From an uncultured virus (IMG/VR IMGVR_UViG_3300043419_001095) (lineage: Duplodnaviria > Heunggongvirae > Uroviricota > Caudoviricetes): DNA of 64,000 bases. The position numbers were made by a program, and so were the translations under genes. The stretch lies in the IMG/VR virus record IMGVR_UViG_3300043419_001095. The stretch is one strand, 5' to 3'. Below are positions 44,320-53,523 of the stretch, piece after piece. The notes under the pieces were generated by a model. It did not search any database. It saw only the letters and a program-made list of their open reading frames with translations, and was not told the origin of the DNA. Position 1 is the first letter of the stretch. Each line of letters begins with the position of its first letter.

Positions 44320-45774
44320 ATGACTGATCAATTTTTATCGACCTACCCCTTCAAGAACAAGCCGTTTGTCCATCAACAGGCTTACCTTCAGCGCTTCTGG
44401 GACTTCCAGGTGGCAGCTCTATTTGCCGACATGGGCACAGGCAAGAGCTTCATGCTGATCAACAACGTAGCCATACTCTACGACAGGGGCAAAATCAACG
44501 GGTTTTTGATCGTAGCGCCAAAGGGCGTCTACCGCAACTGGTACGACACTGAAATCCCTAAGCACTTACCCGATCACATCGTCTACCGCATGGCCATCTG
44601 GTCGCCCAACCCGCGCAAGGCCGAGCAAAAGGCGATGGATGACCTGTTCACCGTCACAGAGGACCTCAAAATCCTGGTCATGAACGTCGAGGCCTTCAGC
44701 ACGGCCAAGGGCACGGCCTACGCCAAGCGATTTTTGCTGGTGCACAACGCCATGATGGCGATCGACGAGAGCACCACCATCAAGACGCACACCTCTGCGC
44801 GCAGCAAAAACACTGAGAAGGTGGGCCGTGGCGCGCGGTACAGGCGCATCCTCACAGGCTCCCCGGTCACCAAGAGCCCGATGGACTTGTACCAGCAGTG
44901 TGCTTTCTTGTCCGACGGCTGCCTGAACGTCAGCAGCTTCTACGTCTTCCAGGCTCGTTACTGCGTCACCGTCGAGCGCCAACTCAATACCCACAGCTTC
45001 AAGCAGGTGGTGGGCTACAGGCGTCTGGACGAGCTCAAAGAAAAGCTCGACCGCTTTGCGTTCCGCGTGAAGAAGGAGGAGTGCCTGGACTTGCCAGACA
45101 AGCTCTACATCAAGCGCGAGGTGGACCTGACGCCCGAGCAGGTCAAAGCCTACAACGAGATGAAAGCGCTGGCCCTGGCGCAGATTGACGGTGGCATTGT
45201 GAGCACCGTGAACGCCCTCACGCAGATCATGCGCCTGCACCAGATCGTCTGCGGCCACGTGAAGCTGGACGACGGCACGGTGGTGGAGCTGCCCAACAAG
45301 CGCCTGGACGAACTGCTGGCCATTGTCGAGGAGACGGACGGCAAGATCATCATCTGGGCCAACTACCGCCACGACATCGAGGCCATCAAGATCGCTCTGG
45401 CCAAAGAGTACGGCATGAACAGCGTGGCCACCTATTACGGTGACACCGAGTCGGAGGAGCGCCAGCGCATCGTCAACGACTTTCAGAATCCTGACAGCGA
45501 GTTGCGTTTTTTCGTTGGTAACCCCAGCACCGGCGGCTACGGCCTGACCCTGACAGCGGCCCACACCATGGTCTACTACAGCAACAGTTTTGACCTGGAA
45601 AAGCGCCTGCAGTCTGAGGACCGTGCACACCGCATTGGTCAGACCAAGAACGTCACCTACATTGACCTGATGGCCGTGGGCACCGTGGACGAGAAGATCG
45701 TCAAGGCGCTGCGCTCAAAGATCGACATCGCAACCCAAGTACTGGGAGAGGAAATCAAAGCATGGCTCATCTGA
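44320..45774 (+). CDS. SNF2-family (SF2) helicase
   Basis: DMGTGKS, IDES, LTGSP, GGYGLTL, QSEDRAHRIGQ. Confidence 0.92.
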   Translation: MTDQFLSTYPFKNKPFVHQQAYLQRFWDFQVAALFADMGTGKSFMLINNVAILYDRGKINGFLIVAPKGVYRNWYDTEIPKHLPDHIVYRMAIWSPNPRKAEQKAMDDLFTVTEDLKILVMNVEAFSTAKGTAYAKRFLLVHNAMMAIDESTTIKTHTSARSKNTEKVGRGARYRRILTGSPVTKSPMDLYQQCAFLSDGCLNVSSFYVFQARYCVTVERQLNTHSFKQVVGYRRLDELKEKLDRFAFRVKKEECLDLPDKLYIKREVDLTPEQVKAYNEMKALALAQIDGGIVSTVNALTQIMRLHQIVCGHVKLDDGTVVELPNKRLDELLAIVEETDGKIIIWANYRHDIEAIKIALAKEYGMNSVATYYGDTESEERQRIVNDFQNPDSELRFFVGNPSTGGYGLTLTAAHTMVYYSNSFDLEKRLQSEDRAHRIGQTKNVTYIDLMAVGTVDEKIVKALRSKIDIATQVLGEEIKAWLI

Positions 45775-46466
45775 TCCCCTGGTCCACCCGCTTCGTGTAC
45801 AAAAAACTCGAAAGAATTGATACGTCGGCTGGACGTGTTTACGTTTTGCCAAATAACGAACATGTCCCGTCGGTGACAACCATCCTGGACCGCACCAAGG
45901 ACAAGGCCGCGCTCAAGGAGTGGGCCGATCGGGTTGGCCAAGCCGATGCCGATCGCCAAAAAGCGGAGGCCTCATGGGTGGGTACGCATATGCACCTGGC
46001 ACTTGAGCACATCCTGAGCGGTGAGCCGTGGGCCGTGAGCCCTGACTGGCTGGCCATGAGGGGCTACGAGATGGCCTTTCGCCTGGCCAACAAGTACTTT
46101 GGCGCGATCTCCGAGATTCACGGCTCGGAAGTGTCACTGCACTACGGCTACCAGTACGCTGGTTCTACCGACCTGGTGGCCACGTACCGTGGCAAGCTGG
46201 CCATTGTGGACTTCAAACAGTCGGTCAAGCCCAAGCGCCACGAGTACATCACCGACTACTTTCATCAGCTCGCAGCGTATGCCACGGCGCACGACTGGAT
46301 GTACGGCACCGACATTGACTTCGGTGCGGTGCTGATTGCAGTGCAGGACGGCACAACGCAGGAGTTCACCACCACGGGTCGAGAGTGGCGAAACTTCAAG
46401 ACCCAGTGGATGGCGAGACTTACCTTGGCGCAGCAGGCGGCTGTTGCTGCGCTGCCATCCCGCTGA
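45762..46466 (+). CDS. PD-(D/E)xK exonuclease
   Basis: PSVTTIL, GTHMH, YAGSTD...IVDFK, QLAAY. Confidence 0.85.
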   Translation: MAHLIPWSTRFVYKKLERIDTSAGRVYVLPNNEHVPSVTTILDRTKDKAALKEWADRVGQADADRQKAEASWVGTHMHLALEHILSGEPWAVSPDWLAMRGYEMAFRLANKYFGAISEIHGSEVSLHYGYQYAGSTDLVATYRGKLAIVDFKQSVKPKRHEYITDYFHQLAAYATAHDWMYGTDIDFGAVLIAVQDGTTQEFTTTGREWRNFKTQWMARLTLAQQAAVAALPSR

Positions 46467-49400
46467 TGGTGTCAAACGGGAACAGCGACTGCATCATGGA
46501 GCGAGCGCTGGAGTTGGCAGGAGCGTTTGATGCACCAGGCTGGCTGGGAGCGCTTGGCGTGGGGTTGAGTCCAGGTACGCCACGAGTGCTGGGCGCAGGA
46601 GGACTTTGGCGCTGCTGGCGCTGACGCTCCTCTGTCTGGCGCAACGACTCGTTAAATTGACGCAGCTCCGAGGCCGCGCGACCCTGTGGGGTCAGTGGCG
46701 ATCGGTTGTTTGCAGCAGGCGTGGGCTCAGGCTCTTCGTAGGTGGCGTAGTTCAGCCCTGCGTTCAGCATGTAGCCGTGCAGCTGCCGTGCGATCTGCAG
46801 CTTCTCGCGCTCTGTTCGACCCTTCTTGAGCAACAGTGCCATGAAGTCCGGGTCCTGGGCTGCCCGCTCCATGACGGCCACGGTGCTCAGGCCAGGCATC
46901 TTGTCGAAGATAGAGCGCACAGCCTTGGAACCTGCCGAAGCAGCAATCAGTACACCAGGCCCGCCAGGCGCTGCTGCAGTACCGATACGTGCACCAATGA
47001 CTCGCTGCACCAGCTCTTCCACCGCATCGCTGCCTGGCACGATCTCATCGAGCGTGCGGCCGCTGGCCATGGCTTTTTCAATGCGGATCATCGGATCAGT
47101 CAGGCGCTTGAGGCCTTTCATCTCGCTCAATGTCATGATGCCATTGGCGCGCATGATGTTGGCAACCGAGGGCAGGTTTGGGCCCAGGGGCTTGAAGAAA
47201 GCGTCTTCAAAAGCCTGTGGGCTGAAACTGCCATTGGGGCTTGTGGCCTTGGTGTATGCGTAATCGTACAGCGACGACTTCAGGCCTCGAACTGCGGCGG
47301 TGCTGTTCTCTGCTTCCGTAGCCATCTTGACCAGGTTCTGCATGTCGCGAACAGGCGTGTTGCCGCTCAGGATAGTGCCCAGCGCAGTGCTGGGGCGCTC
47401 TCCGCCTGCCTTGAGGACATTGCCAAAAGCGTACTGGTCAGCGGCCCGCTTCATGAGCGCGCTGTTCTCGTTCTGAACCATGCGGAAAGCGTTCTCTGCT
47501 TTCACCACATCGGTCAGGTCCGCTGTCATTCCCAGCTTGTCCAGCATGGGCTTGTTTTCTTTGACGAAGTCGTTCAGCTTCTTGGTGTTGACGCGCGTGA
47601 CCTCGCGGCCAGTGGCCGGATCGAATCGCGTGTCGATGGCAGCCGACGCGCCCATGCGCAGGACGCGCTGCTGGGCATCGGCCAACGATGCAGCTCCTGC
47701 GCGCGAAACGTCAGCGGCAGGCTTAAGCGCAATGGCCTGGGGGCTGTCTGCACCGAAGGCACGCACTGCGTCGTCGTAGCGCTTGGACATGAACTTCACC
47801 GCGCCTTCGATCTCGTTCATACGCATGGCAGTCACGTCGGCGTTGGAGCCGAAGGCACGCGTCACCAAAATCTCTGCTGGCAAGCGCTCTGCTCCGCTTC
47901 CTGCCACGTCCCCGGTTTCGGAGGCGGTCTTGGCAAAGGTGCGGGTGAAGACGTCGTTCAAGGACTTGGAGAACTGACGCGCCTCTTCAAACTCAGGGTT
48001 CTTGAGTGAGTTGAGGTCCTGCAGCATGCCCTCGGCCATCGTGCCGTAGAAGTTTGCGTTGTTGACGTCGCCCTTCCCGGCGGCTTCGCGGGACATCTTG
48101 AGCAGCGTAGAGCGGTAGTTCACCAGCTCGTCAACACTTATGGGCTTGGTCTTTGGCAGGAAGCTCTGAGGAACCTGCCCTGTTTCCAAATATTGTTGCG
48201 TCCGTCGACCGGCGCGAAACCGCTTCACGGAATCCTGGTTGACCCCCATGGCGTCCATGATGTCACGAACAGGTTTCGGGATGGCGGTGTCGTACAGGGC
48301 TTGGCCTACATTGGCTGCACGCTCGGCAAAGCTGTTGGCGGTATTGGTAGGGTCTATCGAAGGCGCGACATATTCCTGCCGGGGAATGTACCGAACAATG
48401 TCTTTCCCTGTCCGAGGGTCCTGTCCTATCACGACCCTTTCTTTCGTCGTCTTAAGGCTAGGCTTGGTCAAGGAGTCCAAAGCGCCCTTCCAAAGACTGC
48501 TCTCGTAGTCGCGCGCATCGCGCAGCGCGAGCTCGGTCTGCTCCTTGATCGTGGCTCCAATGGCCTTTCTTGCCTCGGGGGTGTCCTTCGTGAGCTTGGA
48601 AACCTTCAGCGCCGCGATCCTGTCAGCGTCTTGCAGACGTCCGTCAAGCATGGAGGTAAAGCGCGCCTCCTGCAGCTGCGCGGCCAGGAACAAGGCGTCT
48701 TGAGTGCCGATGCTCTTGAGCCTGTCTGTCAGCAGTTGGTAAGCCTGGGCAGCCTGTCGTCCTTGCTCCCGAGCTTCGCCCAAGAACTTCTTGTTGGTCT
48801 GGCCCAACGCTGACTCCAGTGCCGTAAGGCCCAGGCTGTCAGTCTTTTGTGCAGAAGTGGGCGTAATGCGCTTTGCGCCGGGCGCGGACAGCTGGTCAAT
48901 CGGCATGTCGGCTTCGAGGCGACGAATCAGAGTCGGGATGTCCTCGCCAAACTCTTCCAGGATCGTGTACAGGCGGTTCGCGGCCCGCGCTTCGCGCGAA
49001 CCTGCATTGAAGTTGGTCGCGATTTTCGACAGACCGTCCATCACGGTCCCTGTCTGGTTGATCAGGAAGCGGCCTGGGAACAAGACACCGCCAACAACCT
49101 CTCCGGCAAGGCGCGTGCCGGGTGCTCCGGGGTCCTCGCTCTCCGCTATTCCGGCCCCGAGACTTGCACCAAGGGCACCCATGACCTCACTGGTCTTGAA
49201 CGTCTTGGGATTGCGCACAGCTGCGTCACGAATGCCCGTAACAAACCTGCTGACGCGGTTGCCGGTCATCGTGGGCAGATAAGGGACGGCTGCCATGAAC
49301 GGCAGGCTGCCGCCGAACGTCTTGCCTGCCTCCCGATAGACCTTTGCCGTAGGGTCAGCAGGCTCTGGAAAGAACCCTTTGTAAGCATCCTCAGCGCTTT

Positions 49401-49686
49401 GCCCAGCATAGAAGCCGCCAATGCCGCCCGCTACCATGCCGCCAACGGCCCCGATTGGACCAAGAGGAAGACCCAGCTTGAGGCCGCCCACTGCTCCGGC
49501 CACGGCCGGACCACTGCTAAGAAGCCCCTGCCCTGCGCCCTGAGCGTACTCGCTCAGACGATCCATCGTGCTTGGGGTAGCTTCTACAAGGCCTTCTGGC
49601 ACGTCACTTGTAGTTCCCCCAAACATCCTCGCGCGAGGACGTGTTACTTCCTCCAGGCCCGCAGGGATCGAATCTTCTTTGGACAT
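46420..49686 (-). CDS. large internal virion/ejection protein
   Basis: 1088 aa helical protein with Gly/Ala hydrophobic stretches; last gene of the post-nozzle operon. Confidence 0.65.
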   Translation of the reverse strand: MSKEDSIPAGLEEVTRPRARMFGGTTSDVPEGLVEATPSTMDRLSEYAQGAGQGLLSSGPAVAGAVGGLKLGLPLGPIGAVGGMVAGGIGGFYAGQSAEDAYKGFFPEPADPTAKVYREAGKTFGGSLPFMAAVPYLPTMTGNRVSRFVTGIRDAAVRNPKTFKTSEVMGALGASLGAGIAESEDPGAPGTRLAGEVVGGVLFPGRFLINQTGTVMDGLSKIATNFNAGSREARAANRLYTILEEFGEDIPTLIRRLEADMPIDQLSAPGAKRITPTSAQKTDSLGLTALESALGQTNKKFLGEAREQGRQAAQAYQLLTDRLKSIGTQDALFLAAQLQEARFTSMLDGRLQDADRIAALKVSKLTKDTPEARKAIGATIKEQTELALRDARDYESSLWKGALDSLTKPSLKTTKERVVIGQDPRTGKDIVRYIPRQEYVAPSIDPTNTANSFAERAANVGQALYDTAIPKPVRDIMDAMGVNQDSVKRFRAGRRTQQYLETGQVPQSFLPKTKPISVDELVNYRSTLLKMSREAAGKGDVNNANFYGTMAEGMLQDLNSLKNPEFEEARQFSKSLNDVFTRTFAKTASETGDVAGSGAERLPAEILVTRAFGSNADVTAMRMNEIEGAVKFMSKRYDDAVRAFGADSPQAIALKPAADVSRAGAASLADAQQRVLRMGASAAIDTRFDPATGREVTRVNTKKLNDFVKENKPMLDKLGMTADLTDVVKAENAFRMVQNENSALMKRAADQYAFGNVLKAGGERPSTALGTILSGNTPVRDMQNLVKMATEAENSTAAVRGLKSSLYDYAYTKATSPNGSFSPQAFEDAFFKPLGPNLPSVANIMRANGIMTLSEMKGLKRLTDPMIRIEKAMASGRTLDEIVPGSDAVEELVQRVIGARIGTAAAPGGPGVLIAASAGSKAVRSIFDKMPGLSTVAVMERAAQDPDFMALLLKKGRTEREKLQIARQLHGYMLNAGLNYATYEEPEPTPAANNRSPLTPQGRAASELRQFNESLRQTEERQRQQRQSPPAPSTRGVPGLNPTPSAPSQPGASNAPANSSARSMMQSLFPFDTISGMAAQQQPPAAPR

Positions 49687-49695
49687 GCAAGCTCC

Positions 49696-51720
49696 TTAAT
49701 AATTATTTCCGCCCCTTGGTCTGTCAGCAACTCGGTAGAGCCGAGTGCCTTGCCACAGGACTTCCGTGCCAGGGGGATAGTTCTTGATCTCGTCCTGAGT
49801 CATCACAACCGGAGGAAGACCCAAGTTATTGTATTGCTGCTGAAGGGCCGAGGCACGTTGCCGTGCCAGGCCCTTGGCAGCAGGAGTCAGCCCTGAGGTC
49901 TCCTTGCCCTGCTCCTGGTACTCTTCGATCATGCTGCGCAAAGTGCCGCCCAGCGCAATGAGTTTTGTACCGTATGCATCAGGGTCCAGAGTGGCGTTGG
50001 GGATGATGCCAATCACAGGGCGCAGACGCTCCTGCTCTCGAACACTGCCTTGAGTGCTCTTGAGCAAGGAATCAACAATGCGCTCAGCCTGCTGAGAGGC
50101 TGCTTGACGTGCCAAGGTGATTTCCTGGAAGGGGTCGCCCAGTCCTGGAATGCCAGAGATAAAGTTCTTTGCAGCACTCACCGGTCCAGAAATCTTGTAG
50201 CGGTCTTCCCACAAGGAAATTTGAGGAGCACCTTCCTCTGGCACAGGAGCGGCCCCCGCAGGGCGATTCACTCTTGGCGGCGGAGGCATCTGGCCACCCT
50301 GATCGACCATGTCGACTTGGCCGGCAGGAGCGCCCGGACCCACTTGGCCGGGAGCCGCACTCGACCTTGTCGGACCACCGGAGCTTACGATGCTGGGCAG
50401 CTCTTTGCGTATTTCTCTGTACCCGCTGATCATGTTTGTCACGGGGTCCATGATTGGCACTAGGGTAGGCTGGGTCCACTTGTCCTTTGCCAATGACAGG
50501 ATTCTCGCCTCTTCCGGCGTGGCAGTGCCGTCTTCGACTTTTGGACCTATGGTCGCAAACGCATTCATGATGCGTCCGTCCAAGCTGTTGCCAAACGGGT
50601 TGGGAGTCTGGCTTCCAGTCTTCTTGGCCTCAATCCTCGCCTGAGCACGCAGCACTTCGTTGAGCAAAGTACCCTTGCGCTTTTCCAGCTCAGCATTTCT
50701 AGCGGCGACTTTGTCAATGTCCTTCTCGCCCTGCTGCAGCGCCAGCGTCTTGATCTGGCGGTCGATCTGGGTGATCTGGTCAAGCTGTCGGCCCATGGCG
50801 GCGGGCAGTGTTCGTGTGGCCCCCGCCAAACGGGACATAAAGCTGCCGGTCAATGGACGGCCTGTCTCGTCTGTGTTTGCAGCAAAGCCAAAGGCCCGTT
50901 GTCCGAGGTCAAACAACATCTGCGCCTGCATGGCGTTCCTGTCCGGGCCCAACAGGCGGTTAAGCGTAGGCAGACGAGCCGCAACTGCCTCGTCCAAGGT
51001 CGGAGCCTTCGTTGGCTGCTCGTTAAACAAGCCCATGGCCTGTTGGCGTGCAGCATCCACCATCTCCCGTGGGAACAGCATGGACGCTTCAGAAGGCGCT
51101 TGTTGAGCGACGGGGGTCACGCCTTCTTCATCTGACCCTTCGCTGAAATTTTGGACAAGCCCGCCTTTGGCCATTGCAACTGGCGGCTGGTCAGAGGCAG
51201 GTGCGCCGCCACCCATGCCTGCCATCAGCTCGGCGATACCGCCTTGCTGTGGAGGTGGAGGCATGCCAGCGTCAGGAGGAAGTGGGGGCATGCCAGGAGG
51301 CGGCGTGCCCATGTCAGCGGGCACTGGAGGCATACCAGGTGGAGGCATGCCAGGAGCGCCACCCATCATCGGGGCCTGTGGTCCTTGAGCCATGGGCTGT
51401 GACTGAGGCAACGCGGCGATACCGCCTTGCTGCGCCAAGATAGGCTGCAGCATCGCGAGCACGGTTTCAGGGGTCTCAGTAGCGGCTTGGTAACCAACAA
51501 GATCGGCCAACTCGTCACGGCGCGCGTCAATTGATCGCATGTCGCCGCGCAAGTTGTTCATCAAGATTTCAGGGGTGTTAGGGCGACGCTCCAGCATTGC
51601 CTCGGGGCTGTCGCCCTCGTCATCGCCCTCTTCGTCGTCGTCCTCGGACATAGAGTCCATAAAGCCCTGCATGATGCCGACGTTTTCGACGTCGTCGTCT
51701 TTCATCATTTTCTTGTTCAT
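49696..51720 (-). CDS. internal virion/ejection protein
   Basis: 674 aa; acidic N-terminus, Pro/Met/Gly low-complexity tract, MAKGG motif. Confidence 0.6.
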   Translation of the reverse strand: MNKKMMKDDDVENVGIMQGFMDSMSEDDDEEGDDEGDSPEAMLERRPNTPEILMNNLRGDMRSIDARRDELADLVGYQAATETPETVLAMLQPILAQQGGIAALPQSQPMAQGPQAPMMGGAPGMPPPGMPPVPADMGTPPPGMPPLPPDAGMPPPPQQGGIAELMAGMGGGAPASDQPPVAMAKGGLVQNFSEGSDEEGVTPVAQQAPSEASMLFPREMVDAARQQAMGLFNEQPTKAPTLDEAVAARLPTLNRLLGPDRNAMQAQMLFDLGQRAFGFAANTDETGRPLTGSFMSRLAGATRTLPAAMGRQLDQITQIDRQIKTLALQQGEKDIDKVAARNAELEKRKGTLLNEVLRAQARIEAKKTGSQTPNPFGNSLDGRIMNAFATIGPKVEDGTATPEEARILSLAKDKWTQPTLVPIMDPVTNMISGYREIRKELPSIVSSGGPTRSSAAPGQVGPGAPAGQVDMVDQGGQMPPPPRVNRPAGAAPVPEEGAPQISLWEDRYKISGPVSAAKNFISGIPGLGDPFQEITLARQAASQQAERIVDSLLKSTQGSVREQERLRPVIGIIPNATLDPDAYGTKLIALGGTLRSMIEEYQEQGKETSGLTPAAKGLARQRASALQQQYNNLGLPPVVMTQDEIKNYPPGTEVLWQGTRLYRVADRPRGGNNY

Positions 51721-51729
51721 GTCGATTCC

Positions 51730-53523
51730 TTAAAAAAGACCAGCACGTTTGGCACCTGCTACCGTAGACAGCGCCCCCAAGCCAATGCCCACTGCCTGCT
51801 GGAATGGGCTGGCGGTAGGTGTGCTCACGACGCTGGTTTGCATCTGCGAGGACGGTGCTCCCCTGTAAATATCCGACAAGAAGCCTGCTTGCTGGTAAGG
51901 CGCGTAGACCTGTTGCATTTGCGTGGCCCGTTGGGCGTCGATCGCCTGCTGGTTGAGTGCTTGGCGGGCCTGGCCTGTGTTGAACAGGAAGTTGATGTCG
52001 CCTTGCTGCATGCCTTGCGCGGTCTGGCCAAGAGCTGCCTGCTGCACACCGAGCTGACCAAGTTGGCCGGCCATCGCGCCAAGGCCCTGGGCCTGCTGTT
52101 GGCCAATGCCAAACTGCTGGCCAGCCAAGCTGCCGATGCCCTGACCAAGCTGCTGGAACTGCTGGCCCTGTTGGCCAAAGATGCCAGCGGCCGTCTGGGC
52201 TGCCTGGTTGCGCGCCTGGGCCTGCTGCATTAACAGGTTGGCGATGTTTTGATTGATGGCGGATTCTTGCCCTGCCAGTGCGCCGCCCTGAGAAGCCAGA
52301 TTGCCGTACTGCTGGCCAGCCTGCAAGAACTGACCGGCAGCGCCCTGACCCAACTGGGCCTGCTGCACGCCGAGGTTGCCCAACTGGCTTCCGGCTTGTA
52401 CGCCCAACTGAGCCTGCTGCGCGCCCAACTGGCCGATGCCTTGGCCAGCCTGCATCTGACGCTGCTGTTGCTGCTCGAACGCGTTCATGGCCTGGCCCTG
52501 CGCTTGGGTGTAGCCCTGCGACAAGAGGTTGGCGATGGTGGACGCACGCTGATCCATCAGGTTGCGTTCCATCTCAGCACGCTGCACGCCTTCGCGCTCG
52601 CCGCCAAATGCGCCCGATCGGACAGCCTGAGCTGCCAGGCCTTGTCCAGCGATTGCGCCCTGACGGTTGATCTGGCGCATCGCCTCGTCAATGACCTGCT
52701 GGCGGTAGGGGTCCATGAAGGCTTGAGCGGAGCGTGGGTCGTAGCCCTGCGCTGCACCGCCGAGTGCGCCGATGCCCATGCCCAACGTCTGCTGGCCCTG
52801 CTGCAGGCCCATGCCAATGGTGGACGTGGCAGGCAACAGGTTGGCTTGGCTGGCCCCTGCTGCAAGGTTTTGGGCCGTGGACAACGCGCCAAGGCCCGAT
52901 TGCAGGTCTTGACGAGCAGCGCCAAACTGGCCAGTGGTGTCAGACATCGCGGCACGCCTTGCAGCGCTGTCCAAGTAGCTCAGGCCTTCACCGATCTGGC
53001 CAATGCCTGCAGTGGTGTTGGCAGCGGCCTGCGCAGCCTGGCGCATGGCAGCTTGTGCATCAAAGAACTGATTGCGGGTGTCTGCGCCGCGCAGCACGTC
53101 TGCTGCTTCGCCTGTCGTGCCGTAAGCGGCCTGCAAGGCAGCGTTGGCGCTTTCCAGGTAGGGGTTGAATGCCCCGATGCCCTGGCGAGAAGCGGCGTCC
53201 AATGCAGCTTGTTGCGCTGGCGTAAAAGCCGCCACGTTGAAGGCAGGCAGCTGGGAAGCAAGGCTGGGGCGATTAGGAGAAGCGCGGCCTTCTGCCGCAC
53301 CAAACTCCTGGAAGTGCTTTGCAGCAAACTGCTCAGCCGTCAAGCCGCCGGGGTTTGCCCTGAATGCGGCAGCGACATCCGGGTTTTGCTGGAAATACCG
53401 GGCAGCGCCTTCTCTGTCCGGGCCACCAAAAGCCAGGTTCTCCGCCTGCTCCATCAGGCGGAGTTTTGCCTTCTCGACTTCTGGGCTTTCTTGGACTATC
53501 TGTGTTTGTGTTGTGGTTGCCAT
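51730..53523 (-). CDS. Gln/Gly/Ala-rich ejection (DNA transfer) protein
   Basis: FMDPYRQQVID...GAFGG.R...; QLG repeats; C-terminal hydrophobic helix. Confidence 0.7.
   Translation of the reverse strand: MATTTQTQIVQESPEVEKAKLRLMEQAENLAFGGPDREGAARYFQQNPDVAAAFRANPGGLTAEQFAAKHFQEFGAAEGRASPNRPSLASQLPAFNVAAFTPAQQAALDAASRQGIGAFNPYLESANAALQAAYGTTGEAADVLRGADTRNQFFDAQAAMRQAAQAAANTTAGIGQIGEGLSYLDSAARRAAMSDTTGQFGAARQDLQSGLGALSTAQNLAAGASQANLLPATSTIGMGLQQGQQTLGMGIGALGGAAQGYDPRSAQAFMDPYRQQVIDEAMRQINRQGAIAGQGLAAQAVRSGAFGGEREGVQRAEMERNLMDQRASTIANLLSQGYTQAQGQAMNAFEQQQQRQMQAGQGIGQLGAQQAQLGVQAGSQLGNLGVQQAQLGQGAAGQFLQAGQQYGNLASQGGALAGQESAINQNIANLLMQQAQARNQAAQTAAGIFGQQGQQFQQLGQGIGSLAGQQFGIGQQQAQGLGAMAGQLGQLGVQQAALGQTAQGMQQGDINFLFNTGQARQALNQQAIDAQRATQMQQVYAPYQQAGFLSDIYRGAPSSQMQTSVVSTPTASPFQQAVGIGLGALSTVAGAKRAGLF

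Noticed and set aside
45762..46466. Nuclease as Cas4
   Set aside because: Lacks the Fe-S cysteines; an ordinary phage PD-(D/E)xK exonuclease.
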